From: a virus
Length of the DNA stretch: 48,561 bases
Direction: 5' to 3' (one strand)
IMG/VR virus record: IMGVR_UViG_3300038365_000082
Coordinates: 1-48,561 of that record
Below, in pieces: positions 1 through 9,329 of this stretch (position 1 is the first letter of the stretch; the number at the start of each line of letters is the position of its first letter). Both the position numbers and the translations under genes were made by a program. The notes under the pieces were generated by a model that searched no databases, had not been told where the DNA came from, and saw only the letters and a program-made list of their open reading frames with translations.

Positions 1-53
1 TGCCGCGGAAATACTCCGGCAAGCGGGTCAAGATCGTGGTGCTGGAACCCTGA
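1..53 (+). CDS. 3' end of a DUF2080-like domain gene (partial, ...PRKYSGKRVKIVVLEP*)
   Basis: Identical to the last 53 nt of ORF 33656..34378. Confidence 0.8.
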   Translation, partial: PRKYSGKRVKIVVLEP

Positions 54-57
54 GACT

Positions 58-77
58 TCCCGGCAAATTTGCCGGGA
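58..77. terminator. Perfect 20-bp palindrome TCCCGGCAAATTTGCCGGGA (terminator or recombination boundary)
   Basis: Self-complementary, 4 nt after the stop of the early operon; second copy at 34383-34402. Function is inferred. Confidence 0.5.
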
Positions 78-120
78 TGTCTCCGTAAAAACTATATCCT
101 TTTTCGACGACCCCTCACGC

Positions 121-504
121 ATGGCTGAATGCAAATACATCTCCGACCGCGAAGCTAAATTCCTCGCGGCTGTCCTGGCGGCGCTGATCATCATCCCGGC
201 GCTCTGGATGGCTCGCGAGGTCCTGACCGCGCCGCAGACCATGATCCCCATCCTCATCGGCGTCCCGCTGATCGCCGCGATCATCTGGTACGAGTGGGGG
301 CGCACATCGCAGAACTGGGGGGCCTACGCACTGTTCCTCGCCGCAGCTGGAGCACTTCCGCTCGGGGCACTGATGTACGTCTTCGTCGGATGGATCCCCG
401 TCGCGCTCGGGATAAAGCCGATCATCGTCGGGGCGGCGTTCTGGACCTCCGCTGCACTCGCAATCCTCCGGCAGATTGTGATCCAGCGGCAGAAAAAGAG
501 TTAG
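121..504 (+). CDS. Membrane protein with about 4 TM segments (moron / superinfection-exclusion candidate)
   Basis: 127 aa with hydrophobic helices; AT-rich TATA-like stretch at about 85-103 upstream; oriented opposite to the structural genes. Confidence 0.75.
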   Translation: MAECKYISDREAKFLAAVLAALIIIPALWMAREVLTAPQTMIPILIGVPLIAAIIWYEWGRTSQNWGAYALFLAAAGALPLGALMYVFVGWIPVALGIKPIIVGAAFWTSAALAILRQIVIQRQKKS

Positions 505-1259
505 GGGAGTTTCATGATGTACGCCAAGGCGTAATACGGCGGCCGGTTCTCGTGCGCCTGCCCGCCGCCGGCGCTGCCGGTTGTCGCTGGATATGATCCG
601 TAGATGGCGCCGCCAGACATCGCAACCGTTCCTCCCTGTCCAGAAATTACGGTATAGGAGTGTGCATGCGTTGGCATCTCGTCAGTGGTCAGGGTATGGG
701 TGGCCTCGCCACCAGTTGCGCCGACCGCATACGAGGAGCCAGCGCCGACGACGAACCGGTCCCGGAGATCCGGAGTGCCATTTGCCCCGTCGCAGAGGGC
801 CCACCCCCAAGGTATGTTGGCGATCGCCCCCGACCACATGATGATCCCCCCGACGGGCGTACAGGATGCGATAGGCACGGTCGCGTCGATCACGTCGCCG
901 GTCGCGATCACCGACGCCCCGGCAGGCACCCGCACGATCGCGATCAGACAGGTATTCGCGGGCTGCGGCGGGCATTTCTGTTTCTCGGTCCCTTTCGTCG
1001 CCGCGAGCACCCCTGCGGCCGATATCGTGATCAGATCGTAGCGGTCGAACGCGCTGCCGGCGTCTAGCGTCACGGAGCCACCCCCATACCCTCGCCCCAC
1101 CTGTGCAATTTGGACCGCGCCGCTCGTCACTGAGACCACCCGGTTCGATCCGGTCGCGCTCGCGGTGCAGCCGGAGAGCACCCCCGTCCCCCGGAACGCT
1201 GCGACCATTGCGTTCCACTGCGGGGCGAACAGCCCCATCCCGTCCTCTATGGAAATCAT
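501..1259 (-). CDS. Tail fibre / baseplate protein with phage tail-collar domain
   Basis: Motif PVGGIIMWSG..IPWGWALCDGANGTPDLRDRFVVGAG...HENRPPYYALAYIMK. Confidence 0.85.
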   Translation of the reverse strand: MISIEDGMGLFAPQWNAMVAAFRGTGVLSGCTASATGSNRVVSVTSGAVQIAQVGRGYGGGSVTLDAGSAFDRYDLITISAAGVLAATKGTEKQKCPPQPANTCLIAIVRVPAGASVIATGDVIDATVPIASCTPVGGIIMWSGAIANIPWGWALCDGANGTPDLRDRFVVGAGSSYAVGATGGEATHTLTTDEMPTHAHSYTVISGQGGTVAMSGGAIYGSYPATTGSAGGGQAHENRPPYYALAYIMKLP

Positions 1260-1594
1260 GGATTTCTCACCCTGTACAGTACCTCGAATTCAACCTCGAT
1301 CGTCTCGTTTTTCTCCAGCTGGAGAAACGTTTTCCGGGAGAGAAGACGGTTATCGGCCGTTTTCACCCCGACCTCCGCGAGCAGGAGCCCGTTTGCGTCC
1401 CCTGCCGTGAGCCGGCCGCTCGCGACCACCTCCCCGGTGCTCCGAGTCGCCAGGCTGGCGGGTTTCGTGATCACCTGTGCCTGCAGCGCCGTGTCTCCTT
1501 CGTTCTCCGGTCGGGTGCCGGTCCCGATCACCACCGTTGACAGGAGCCCCTGCCAGAGGTCGCGCTGCGCGTTTCTGCCGATTGTTGTTATCAT
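1256..1594 (-). CDS. Tail / baseplate structural protein
   Basis: GTG..AL...E.G..T...LLSRK.F motif typical of tail-fibre-attachment proteins; ATGA coupling to the next gene. Confidence 0.65.
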   Translation of the reverse strand: MITTIGRNAQRDLWQGLLSTVVIGTGTRPENEGDTALQAQVITKPASLATRSTGEVVASGRLTAGDANGLLLAEVGVKTADNRLLSRKTFLQLEKNETIEVEFEVLYRVRNP

Positions 1595-2956
1595 CTAGAT
1601 CACCTGCACTCTGTCGCCCCGGCGGTCCCCGAGCAGGCCGCCGCCGACGTCCGGATGCCCGACGCCCCCGCCAGCCCCCGTGTCTCCGAACACGAACATG
1701 TCGTCCGGGATCGCCCGGGTGTAGACCCGGAGTTCGACGTCAGTCACGATCTCCTCGGTCAGGTCGACGATCTCGAGCAGCGCAGCGTCGCCGTCTGCCG
1801 CCCGGGCATCGATCCGGCTTACCTCGTCCGAGAGCTCGACCAGGACGTCGACGACGCCTCCTGCGTTCTCGGCGAGCTTCACTGTCGTCTCCCCGCTAGC
1901 CCACGCATACTCGATCTGCGCCACCCGGTAGGTGCCGTTGACCTGCTGATCCGGCACGACCACGGTGCAGACGTCGCCCGGGCGGATCCTGGTGCCGCCC
2001 CACGTCCGGATCGTCCCGGTCCGGATCACCTGCCGGTCGGCGAGGATCGCGGTAGCCTTCTGCCGGGCCTCGGCTTCGCTCGGGATCTCCGGGTAGGTCT
2101 TCACCACCTCGATCACGACCGCTCGGGGCGCCCCGAATTTCTCCTTGAGCGCGAGCTGTGCCGCCCGGTTCTGCACCGAGACCGCGCCGGTGGTCGGGGA
2201 GGTGCCCCAGTACACCGTTGCTTTGTTGATCTCGACCTGTCCGTCTTCCGAAAACCGCGCGTCGTAGTATTCCCCTTCGACGAAATCTCGCGGGCTCCGG
2301 TTCACCGCCCGGGGACGGAAGAAGAACTGCATCGAGTCATCCGCACCCCACTCTTCCCCGTCGCTGCCGTTCGCGAGTTCGGCGATCACCACGTCGAGAT
2401 ATTCCCCTTTCCACGTCGCCGAGATCGTCCGGTCGTAGGTGACGGAGACGAGCGCGGGATTCCACTTTAGCGGCGTCAGCGTCGTGATCAGGTCCTCGAG
2501 GATCGCGGAGACCGTCTGTGAGGAGTAGGTTTTGAAGACCGCCCGCCGCCGGATCCAGAAGTCATGAGCGAGGAGCTTCAGCGTCGTGGTGCCGGCGTCG
2601 GTCGTAACCTTCGACACGAACCCGCCCATCCGGAGCGCGAGCGGCGATCCTCGTTCCGAGACCCACAACTCTAGCGGCGTATCGCGGGGGTAGATCTGCT
2701 CGATCGTCGAGTCCGGGTCGTAGATCTTGACTTCGGCGGTGCGGCCAAACCGCGAGAACGCATCCTGCACGTAACAGTCGAGGATGCCGGGCACCCATGT
2801 GGCCGTCGTCGGCGCGTAGAGTTTCCAGACCGTCGCCCGCTCTGTCCGGGCGGGGAAGAGGGGGCGGACCCCGAAGAACTCCGCGAGCGGGGAAGAGGGT
2901 TGGAGATCGACGGTGAGAGGAACCGTCTCATCGAACCGGAACAATACTGGGGTCAC
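1595..2956 (-). CDS. Baseplate hub / tail tip protein
   Basis: Long ORF after Dit-like gene; hub-like pattern (TVSAILEDLI...YRVAQIEY); start reassigned to GTG 2956 by GTGA overlap. Confidence 0.75.
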   Translation of the reverse strand: MTPVLFRFDETVPLTVDLQPSSPLAEFFGVRPLFPARTERATVWKLYAPTTATWVPGILDCYVQDAFSRFGRTAEVKIYDPDSTIEQIYPRDTPLELWVSERGSPLALRMGGFVSKVTTDAGTTTLKLLAHDFWIRRRAVFKTYSSQTVSAILEDLITTLTPLKWNPALVSVTYDRTISATWKGEYLDVVIAELANGSDGEEWGADDSMQFFFRPRAVNRSPRDFVEGEYYDARFSEDGQVEINKATVYWGTSPTTGAVSVQNRAAQLALKEKFGAPRAVVIEVVKTYPEIPSEAEARQKATAILADRQVIRTGTIRTWGGTRIRPGDVCTVVVPDQQVNGTYRVAQIEYAWASGETTVKLAENAGGVVDVLVELSDEVSRIDARAADGDAALLEIVDLTEEIVTDVELRVYTRAIPDDMFVFGDTGAGGGVGHPDVGGGLLGDRRGDRVQVI

Positions 2957-3456
2957 TCGCTCTCCCCCGCCGACGTCTCGAACCCTGCGATGAGCCGCAG
3001 CGTCCATCCGACCCGGTCCTTTTTCGTCGATTTATTCTTCCTCAACTCATCGATCGCGACTTTCGGGAACACACAGCCGTCGACGGAGTATGACAGTTCT
3101 GCAGGCGTCGCTGCCGTATACCGATCGTCGCCGAGGACCAGGTCGAAGTTCTGCTCCTCCTGGAGGTTGAGGATCTCCAGCACCCGGAACTGGTCGGCCG
3201 CCGAGACTGTCGGCCGGCCGAAGAGCGTCTGCACGGCGGCTTTGTGGTCCGCAGGCATCTCGCTCGTCGGCACGAACTCGCCTTGCAGGGTGATCTCGTG
3301 CCGGCAGATCAGTTTGTTCTTCACGATGGTGCCCCGGCCGCCGGACCGGTCGCCGGTGAACAGGCTGTTCTTGAGCACGACGTTCTCCTCTGCGAGAGGG
3401 GCGAGATAGAGGCGGACATATCCGTTCACCCCAAGCGTGCAATAGGTGTACGTCAC
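2953..3456 (-). CDS. Distal tail-like protein
   Basis: Position between tape measure and hub; GTGA overlap with the tape measure stop. Confidence 0.6.
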   Translation of the reverse strand: MTYTYCTLGVNGYVRLYLAPLAEENVVLKNSLFTGDRSGGRGTIVKNKLICRHEITLQGEFVPTSEMPADHKAAVQTLFGRPTVSAADQFRVLEILNLQEEQNFDLVLGDDRYTAATPAELSYSVDGCVFPKVAIDELRKNKSTKKDRVGWTLRLIAGFETSAGESE

Positions 3457-4673
3457 CGCCCCTGCCTCCTGAGTTCGTCCTGCCACATCTGCCCGAACAA
3501 CTCCGCGAGTTTTCGCTCATCGAACCCGGTCGCGTCCGCTCCCGAGACGGAGACCGCGCCGCGCTCGATCGTGAGGTAGACATCTCCCCCGCGATCCTGC
3601 GTCGGCATCGGGACCGGCTGCTGATAGGTCTGCCCGATCCACGCGGTCCCGCCCGGCGGTGTCGGCTGCTCCCCGGACCCGAATATCCATTTGTCCATCT
3701 CGCCGATCAGGTCGGAGACGGCGCGGTTCGGCGGCAGCCCTTTGATGATCACGCCCTCCCGGAGCCCCTCTGTGAGCCCCCACTTCTCCCACCGGCCGAG
3801 GAGTTCCGATCCAGCGGAGTCGAGTGTCGCCTGCAGGCGTTCGATCTGGGGCATGAGGAGCCCGCTCAAGACGGGGATTTTCGAGACGATGCCTTCCATC
3901 CAGTTGAGCGCGAGCTGTGCGCCCCACAGTCCCGCGCTCGCCGCGACGAGTGAGAACCACTCGACGATGTTGTCTTTCAGGTTCCCGAGGATCGTGATCG
4001 AGTTCTGTACGAAGAGCCCGAACTGCGCCCCGGCGTCCTCGATTGCCTGGATGACACCGAGTTTCCAGAGCCCCCAGACCACGATCCCCCCAAGGACAAG
4101 CCCTGATACTCCGGCGACCGCCGTCCCGAGCGTAGTGAGCCCCCCCGCTGCGGTCGTGAGCGGGAGTTTTGCCAGGACCCCGGCCAGCCCGGCACCGCCG
4201 AGGAGCCCGTTCAGCGGCCCGAGCAGGAACGAGAGCCCGGCAACCGCCCCGGAGATCGCGAGGAGGCCGAGAGTCACCAGGAGCCCGTAGGCGAACACAT
4301 CCTTCAGCGGCTCAGGTAGCCTCTCCCACACATCCGTGAGTCGTCCTGCTACGCCCTCCAGGCCCTCGAACGCCGGTACCCACCGCTCGCCGATATCCAT
4401 CGCGAGCATGGAGAACTCCAGATATACGCCGTTGAGTGCGGCCTGGAGGCTAGGAGATGCCGCGACCACGGCCGCCAGCGCACCGGCTGCCGCGAGGCCG
4501 ATCGTCGTCAGGGCGGTTTTGTGCCGCTCCATCCACCGCTTTGTTTTCTGCTCGTTCTTCTCGGCGTTCTTCGCGGTCTTCGAGATCGCCTTATCAACGC
4601 GATCCTCGTCCCGGATCAAGCGGTCCGCGCCGGATGAGGTGTATACGACCGCGACCTCGCTGACGACTACCAT
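3453..4673 (-). CDS. Tape measure protein (short, 406 aa)
   Basis: Ala/Gly/Leu-rich with central hydrophobic segments; follows the tail chaperone. Confidence 0.8.
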   Translation of the reverse strand: MVVVSEVAVVYTSSGADRLIRDEDRVDKAISKTAKNAEKNEQKTKRWMERHKTALTTIGLAAAGALAAVVAASPSLQAALNGVYLEFSMLAMDIGERWVPAFEGLEGVAGRLTDVWERLPEPLKDVFAYGLLVTLGLLAISGAVAGLSFLLGPLNGLLGGAGLAGVLAKLPLTTAAGGLTTLGTAVAGVSGLVLGGIVVWGLWKLGVIQAIEDAGAQFGLFVQNSITILGNLKDNIVEWFSLVAASAGLWGAQLALNWMEGIVSKIPVLSGLLMPQIERLQATLDSAGSELLGRWEKWGLTEGLREGVIIKGLPPNRAVSDLIGEMDKWIFGSGEQPTPPGGTAWIGQTYQQPVPMPTQDRGGDVYLTIERGAVSVSGADATGFDERKLAELFGQMWQDELRRQGR

Positions 4674-4889
4674 CGCCGCCTCCCTTTCTTTTTAGCCTTG
4701 TCCTGTTCTTCCCTCACTCGTCTCGCCTCCCCTTCCAGGATTGCCAGGTGCGCCCGATACTCGCGGGCAGGCAGTACAGCGCGGGCGTCGAACGGACACC
4801 CGTACTTCGCCCAGAACGCCGCATCCTGCAGCACCCGGGCCTCCCACTCCTCATCAGCGACGACCGTGTCGCCATGCCCGTAGTCAGCG
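4667..4889 (-). CDS. Tail assembly chaperone T-segment (not in ORF track; reached by frameshift or from GTG 4834)
   Basis: Open frame FADYGHGDTVVADEEWEARVLQDAAFWAKYGCPFDARAVLPAREYRAHLAILEGEARRVREEQDKAKKKGRRRW* fills the gap between chaperone and tape measure. Confidence 0.6.
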
Positions 4890-5258
4890 AAACCCGATCC
4901 GGGTTTCCTCGTCGAGTTCCACGAACTCCTGCACCGCGTCCGCGAGCGCGTCCCGGATGTGGGCCGGGAGCAGGGCGATGTTCTCCTCCGTCGGGGCGAA
5001 CCCTTCCGGCCCGGAGACGACGCCGACCCGGATGTATTCGGTCTTCAGCGCCCGGAGTTCGTCTGCGGTGACAGTGTCGCCCCGCCGGCGCTTCCGCATC
5101 CGAACCGCCTTCGCCTCGATCTGGTCCCGCTCCAGCTGGGAGATCGCCCGGACGCGGAACCGGATCTCTCCGTCGCCTGCCGGGAACACGAGGTCTTTCG
5201 TCTCGCTCTGCAGCCGCTCGAACGTCGCGACCGCATCCTGCCAGGACAGATCAGCCAT
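4884..5258 (-). CDS. Tail assembly chaperone (gpG-like)
   Basis: 124 aa, lies between tail tube and tape measure genes. Confidence 0.7.
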   Translation of the reverse strand: MADLSWQDAVATFERLQSETKDLVFPAGDGEIRFRVRAISQLERDQIEAKAVRMRKRRRGDTVTADELRALKTEYIRVGVVSGPEGFAPTEENIALLPAHIRDALADAVQEFVELDEETRIGFR

Positions 5259-5262
5259 GCGA

Positions 5263-6210
5263 TCACACCCCCGCCGGGACGCGGATCTCGATGCTCGAAT
5301 TCAGCGGACCGACCGAGAGCACGGACTCGAGCGACCCCTTCTCGCCGATCGGGATCGGGGCGTCGAGGATCGTACAGTCCTCGAACGTGACGATCACGGC
5401 ATCCGTTGCGGTCGCCACATCAGACCCCGCGCGGAGGAACGGGATCACGATATCGACAGGGTCACCGTCTGCCCACGCCGCCGCAAACAGCGAGTTGTCG
5501 GTCGGCAGGAACCCGATCTTGACATCGTACTTTCCTTCGGCCTCGCCCTCGGCGACATCGTAGGCCCCCCGGGCGCCGTCAGCACCGTAGGGCTCGAGCC
5601 CGTTGTTCCACGTTGCGTCGAGCGAGGTGATCGACGCGAGCGGGTCGCCGCCGACCGTCGCCCGCGCCCCGATCATCCAGAACCGGTACGGCTGGAGCGC
5701 GGGGACCGTCACCGCCGGGAACGACGACACGGATGTTTCGACCTCGCGGGATGCCGCCACAAAGTCCATCGTGGCCACCAGAGCCTCCCCCCTCTTCGCC
5801 GAGAGCGACAGGTCTGCTTTGCACCCGACGAAGTACTCGATAAACGCGGCGTCCTGCTGCGTGTGCTGCACCGTGATCGTCGGGAGCGTGTCGAGTTCGG
5901 TAAACTTCTTCCCGGTGTATCCGGTCCCAGTGACTGTCTCAGATTTTCCGAGCGCGCACTGGAACGGTGCGTTGTCATCGAGGACCTCGAACGGGATCGA
6001 GAACGAGAGATCGTACTCGTCCGCGCTGTAGAGGAACGGCCCCCGACGGTGCCCGACCGACCCCTTCGGCGTCTTCGGGTTCGCCGCCGGCCAGTCGATC
6101 GCGCTCGTGATGAGGCCGAACGGGGTATTCGCAGTCGCTGCTCGCGTGTAGGGCTCCGTTTCCGCGCCCCACGATACTGTGCCTTTGCTTGCCTGTAGTT
6201 TCCTGACCAT
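5263..6210 (-). CDS. Major tail (tube) protein
   Basis: About 315 aa beta-rich; syntenic; start reassigned to ATG 6210 (MVRKLQASKGTVSWG). Confidence 0.8.
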   Translation of the reverse strand: MVRKLQASKGTVSWGAETEPYTRAATANTPFGLITSAIDWPAANPKTPKGSVGHRRGPFLYSADEYDLSFSIPFEVLDDNAPFQCALGKSETVTGTGYTGKKFTELDTLPTITVQHTQQDAAFIEYFVGCKADLSLSAKRGEALVATMDFVAASREVETSVSSFPAVTVPALQPYRFWMIGARATVGGDPLASITSLDATWNNGLEPYGADGARGAYDVAEGEAEGKYDVKIGFLPTDNSLFAAAWADGDPVDIVIPFLRAGSDVATATDAVIVTFEDCTILDAPIPIGEKGSLESVLSVGPLNSSIEIRVPAGV

Positions 6211-6212
6211 TT

Positions 6213-6692
6213 TCACGCCCCTCCAGGGGCAGTATATACGGTTCCCTTGACAACGATTTTCCAGCGCCGGATCTGCTCGTTTGCATCCCAGGTCATCGGG
6301 ATGCCCGGGGAGATCTGCGGGTCGGTAAACCCGGCCGCGTTGAGTGCGTCGACATGTGCCTCGACCCATGCTCGGACCTCGTCGCGGATGCGGAACATCT
6401 GCGTTGACGATATGGCATGGATCTCGATGTCGACGGCATACGTATGCTGCCAGAGGTCGGCACGGCTGTCGGGTCGGTCGCCAACGTCGGACCCCTCACC
6501 TACAACGATATGTGGGTAGAGCAGTCCTCGATCAGGGAACTCCGTCAGCACCATCGGTGCTGCACCGTTTCGCCTGGCGGACGACGGATCGAAGATGTCG
6601 CCGGCAGCGACAGCAGCCCGCAGGCCGTCCCGGAACAAGTCCCGGATGATCGCGGTGCTCAGGCTACGAGAAGAGATTTCGGTCGTCGTCAT
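6213..6692 (-). CDS. Tail terminator / completion protein
   Basis: Synteny; YPHIVV...Y.VDIEIHA pattern. Confidence 0.65.
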   Translation of the reverse strand: MTTTEISSRSLSTAIIRDLFRDGLRAAVAAGDIFDPSSARRNGAAPMVLTEFPDRGLLYPHIVVGEGSDVGDRPDSRADLWQHTYAVDIEIHAISSTQMFRIRDEVRAWVEAHVDALNAAGFTDPQISPGIPMTWDANEQIRRWKIVVKGTVYTAPGGA

Positions 6693-6746
6693 GGGAACCC
6701 TCATTTGAGTTCATTTCAGTTCTCCCGCGCATTTGCGGCTGTGTTC

Positions 6747-7256
6747 TTATTGCGTTTCGAGTTCGCGGAACCGGGCCTGGACGTTGCGCTCCAGGGTCGG
6801 CGCGACTATGTCGGCAGCGAGTTGAGCCGGGGCAAACCCCTTGAGGCCATGCACGGCGATGTGCTGCCGGAGCGCGAAGATCATACTGTCCCAGGTCTCG
6901 CCCTCTCGCGGCACGAGCCCAGCCTCCCGCGCCCATCTCTCGATGGGTTCCGGCGGGGGCATCTTTGATCCTGGAGCCCGGCCATACTCGGCGATCACAT
7001 GCTGGATCGTCTCTCCCTTCACCACATACTCATCTGCTCCCGGGAGTTCCGGCCACACGGTGGTCCGGGCGATCGCTTCCCCGGTCCCGACATACGGCCG
7101 GCCATGCGCCCCGTCAGCACCGAGCCCCTTCTCCAGGTTCTCCTGATACTGCTGGCGGGTGCGCTCGGCGGCTTTCCAGAGTTCTTCCGAGACGATCTGG
7201 CGGTAGTCTGGGAGACCTTTGTACGAGACCTTGATCTCGTAGGACGTCCGGCTCAC
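6747..7256 (-). CDS. Neck protein, HK97 gp10-like
   Basis: EYGRAPG...PP.EPIERW...I...G.K.F motif. Confidence 0.65.
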   Translation of the reverse strand: MSRTSYEIKVSYKGLPDYRQIVSEELWKAAERTRQQYQENLEKGLGADGAHGRPYVGTGEAIARTTVWPELPGADEYVVKGETIQHVIAEYGRAPGSKMPPPEPIERWAREAGLVPREGETWDSMIFALRQHIAVHGLKGFAPAQLAADIVAPTLERNVQARFRELETQ

Positions 7257-7864
7257 CCGACGACCTCCTGCAGGTAAAGGGTATTTTTGGTCACGCCGGT
7301 GAACGGGTGCTTATCCCGCTTCGCGTCAGCGACACGATAAACCTGATACTCCTCCCGATCGAGGCCGTTGGGCGCGACGCTGCCTGCTCCGAATACGACC
7401 GTATACCCGACGCCGCCGGGGATCTCCGGGCGGGCGATCTGGATCGTCCATGTGGCCCCCGACCCTGAGACCCCGATCACCGCAGCGTCCGGCACCGTGA
7501 GTAGGAGATCCCCCATACCCTCGCGGTCCGGCTGCACCTTGATCCACTCGCTGAGCGTCGCCCGCCTCGTCGCAGTGATACCGCGCCCGGCGAGGTCGCG
7601 TGACTCCTTTTCCGACGGCGACGAGACGAGTGCTTTGACGAGCCGCAGGTCCCACGAGGACGCGGCAGGGTCGAATGAATCATAGTCATCGAACGCCGCC
7701 ACAAGGCACCGGATGAGCACGGCCGTCTCCCCGACCCCGGCGACGGCTTGCTCCACGGGGCCGGGAGTAACCGCCGGATCGGGCAGCACCGCCGAGCCAA
7801 CGTCGAAGTACTCCGCGAGCGGGAGGTTGGTGTCGAAATGGAGGGAGATGTCGGGGAGCGGCAT
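7253..7864 (-). CDS. Head closure-like structural protein
   Basis: Synteny between adaptor and neck genes; C-terminal YQVYRV pattern. Confidence 0.55.
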   Translation of the reverse strand: MPLPDISLHFDTNLPLAEYFDVGSAVLPDPAVTPGPVEQAVAGVGETAVLIRCLVAAFDDYDSFDPAASSWDLRLVKALVSSPSEKESRDLAGRGITATRRATLSEWIKVQPDREGMGDLLLTVPDAAVIGVSGSGATWTIQIARPEIPGGVGYTVVFGAGSVAPNGLDREEYQVYRVADAKRDKHPFTGVTKNTLYLQEVVG

Positions 7865-7865
7865 C

Positions 7866-8072
7866 TCACCGCACCCCCGCCAGCCAGAGGATCAGGGTGA
7901 TGATTGCCCCTCCGACCAGGCCGAGGCCCCCGGCAATCGCCCCATCTCTGCCGAGCCACTGGTGCCGTTGGGACTCGAGTGGCCGGAGCCGCGCCTCGTG
8001 GTCGTCGAGGCGAGAGATGATGTGGTCGACCTTCTCGTCGATCCTGACCAGGAGGTCGTGGTCGCTCACCAT
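7866..8072 (-). CDS. Small coiled-coil plus single-TM membrane protein (holin-like)
   Basis: 68 aa; GRDGAIA+TM segment resembles ORF 45900..46133. Confidence 0.7.
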   Translation of the reverse strand: MVSDHDLLVRIDEKVDHIISRLDDHEARLRPLESQRHQWLGRDGAIAGGLGLVGGAIITLILWLAGVR

Positions 8073-8665
8073 CAGGCCGCTCCTGCCGCACGATAGCGGT
8101 CGATGACCTGCATCTGCTCAGGCGCGAGCACCATGAGCCGAGAGAGCTCCGAGTATGCGACACTGTAACCATCCATACTCATCGAGGAGGCCCCTTTCGT
8201 CGCCCGGTTTCTCGCGGCGTGGGTGAGCGCCCCTGCGACGAGGTCCTCGACGATACCTGCGATCGCGCCCGGCGCTGCCGTGTAGCCGTATGAGTAGGTT
8301 ACGGAGACGTTGCGGAGTCCGATGGGCCACGTGGCGCCGTCGATGCGCTCCAGGATGCCCGATCCGACATCGACCTCATACTCGAGATCCTCGGTGAGCG
8401 AGACCCCGCCGACCGCGACGGAGGCCACGGCGACGATCGGGTGGCCGCGGAGCCGGAGCCGCCGCCGGCCTGAGCCATCGTAGCGCTCAGCCACGTCCTC
8501 GTGGAGGGCAAAATCCCGCCCGCAGTAGAGGTCGACGGTCTCGGATGCCTGCTCGATGAGATCGGCCGCCAGAGACGTGAGAGCGGCCTCGTCTGCGAGC
8601 CCTAAATCGGCGTACGTGATGCCGGACCGGGTAAGGGTCCGGGTCACATCTCCGTATGCCGACAT
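8072..8665 (-). CDS. Head-tail adaptor (gp6/gp15-like)
   Basis: A...VD.YCGRDF...NVSVTYSYGY...MDGYSVAY motifs. Confidence 0.8.
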   Translation of the reverse strand: MSAYGDVTRTLTRSGITYADLGLADEAALTSLAADLIEQASETVDLYCGRDFALHEDVAERYDGSGRRRLRLRGHPIVAVASVAVGGVSLTEDLEYEVDVGSGILERIDGATWPIGLRNVSVTYSYGYTAAPGAIAGIVEDLVAGALTHAARNRATKGASSMSMDGYSVAYSELSRLMVLAPEQMQVIDRYRAAGAA

Positions 8666-8668
8666 GGA

Positions 8669-9091
8669 TCAGTCACCCCTGTGCTTTGCCGACCACGCCA
8701 CGTCGAGCGTGCCGCCCTCGGCCGGAGTGCCGGCGGCGACAGCCTTGATGCGAGCATACGCCCATGCTCCGGAGACCCGGGCATAGGTGACGCCATCGGC
8801 GGCGAGCGTCACGGTCGAGGTCGCCGGACTGACGAACCCGGTGACGGAGATCCCCCCGATGTCGGTCGCACCGACGAACCCGTCTCCGGACTCGTTCGGG
8901 GCGTCGAAGTCGGGATCATCGCCGAGCGCGGTCTGCACGGTGATGGTGAGTGTTTGGTCGGTCGAGTTCGTGACCCGGCAGATCGCCTCACCCATCGTGC
9001 GGAGGTCGGCAGCGGTCGAGTAGACCGGATCAGTGTCCGGGACGGCGACGCTCTCCGGGGTCGGGAGTACGCCTCTTGTCATCCGTATCAC
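8669..9091 (-). CDS. Hypothetical virion protein
   Basis: Beta-rich 140 aa ORF in the head operon with overlap coupling. Confidence 0.6.
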   Translation of the reverse strand: MIRMTRGVLPTPESVAVPDTDPVYSTAADLRTMGEAICRVTNSTDQTLTITVQTALGDDPDFDAPNESGDGFVGATDIGGISVTGFVSPATSTVTLAADGVTYARVSGAWAYARIKAVAAGTPAEGGTLDVAWSAKHRGD

Positions 9092-9318
9092 CGTCCTTTC
9101 TTGGGCTTGACGGTCTCCCGTTCTGCATCGTCAGCCGGTGCGCCATCTGCCGCCTCCACTGTGGGCTGCTCCTCGACCGGGATGTGCCCCGCCCTCCGCA
9201 GGCGCCCTTCGAGACCGGGATCGTCGGGGGCCTCAAAGACCCCCTCGACGATCTCAGCACTCTGGCGCAGAGCGAACGAGATCCGCCCGTTCTGTGCGCT
9301 CTTGTGCTTCCACTTCAT
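9088..9318 (-). CDS. Small hypothetical protein
   Basis: 76 aa with SD-like GAGGTGA upstream; coupled to neighbours. Confidence 0.6.
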   Translation of the reverse strand: MKWKHKSAQNGRISFALRQSAEIVEGVFEAPDDPGLEGRLRRAGHIPVEEQPTVEAADGAPADDAERETVKPKKGR

Positions 9319-9329
9319 GAGGTATCACC

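Larger units (their letters stand above)
1..77. repeat. Direct repeat copy 1 (exact match to 34326-34402; truncated by the window start)
   Basis: tgccgcggaaatactcc...cccggcaaatttgccggga is identical at offset 34325; the two copies diverge right after the terminal palindrome. Confidence 0.97.
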
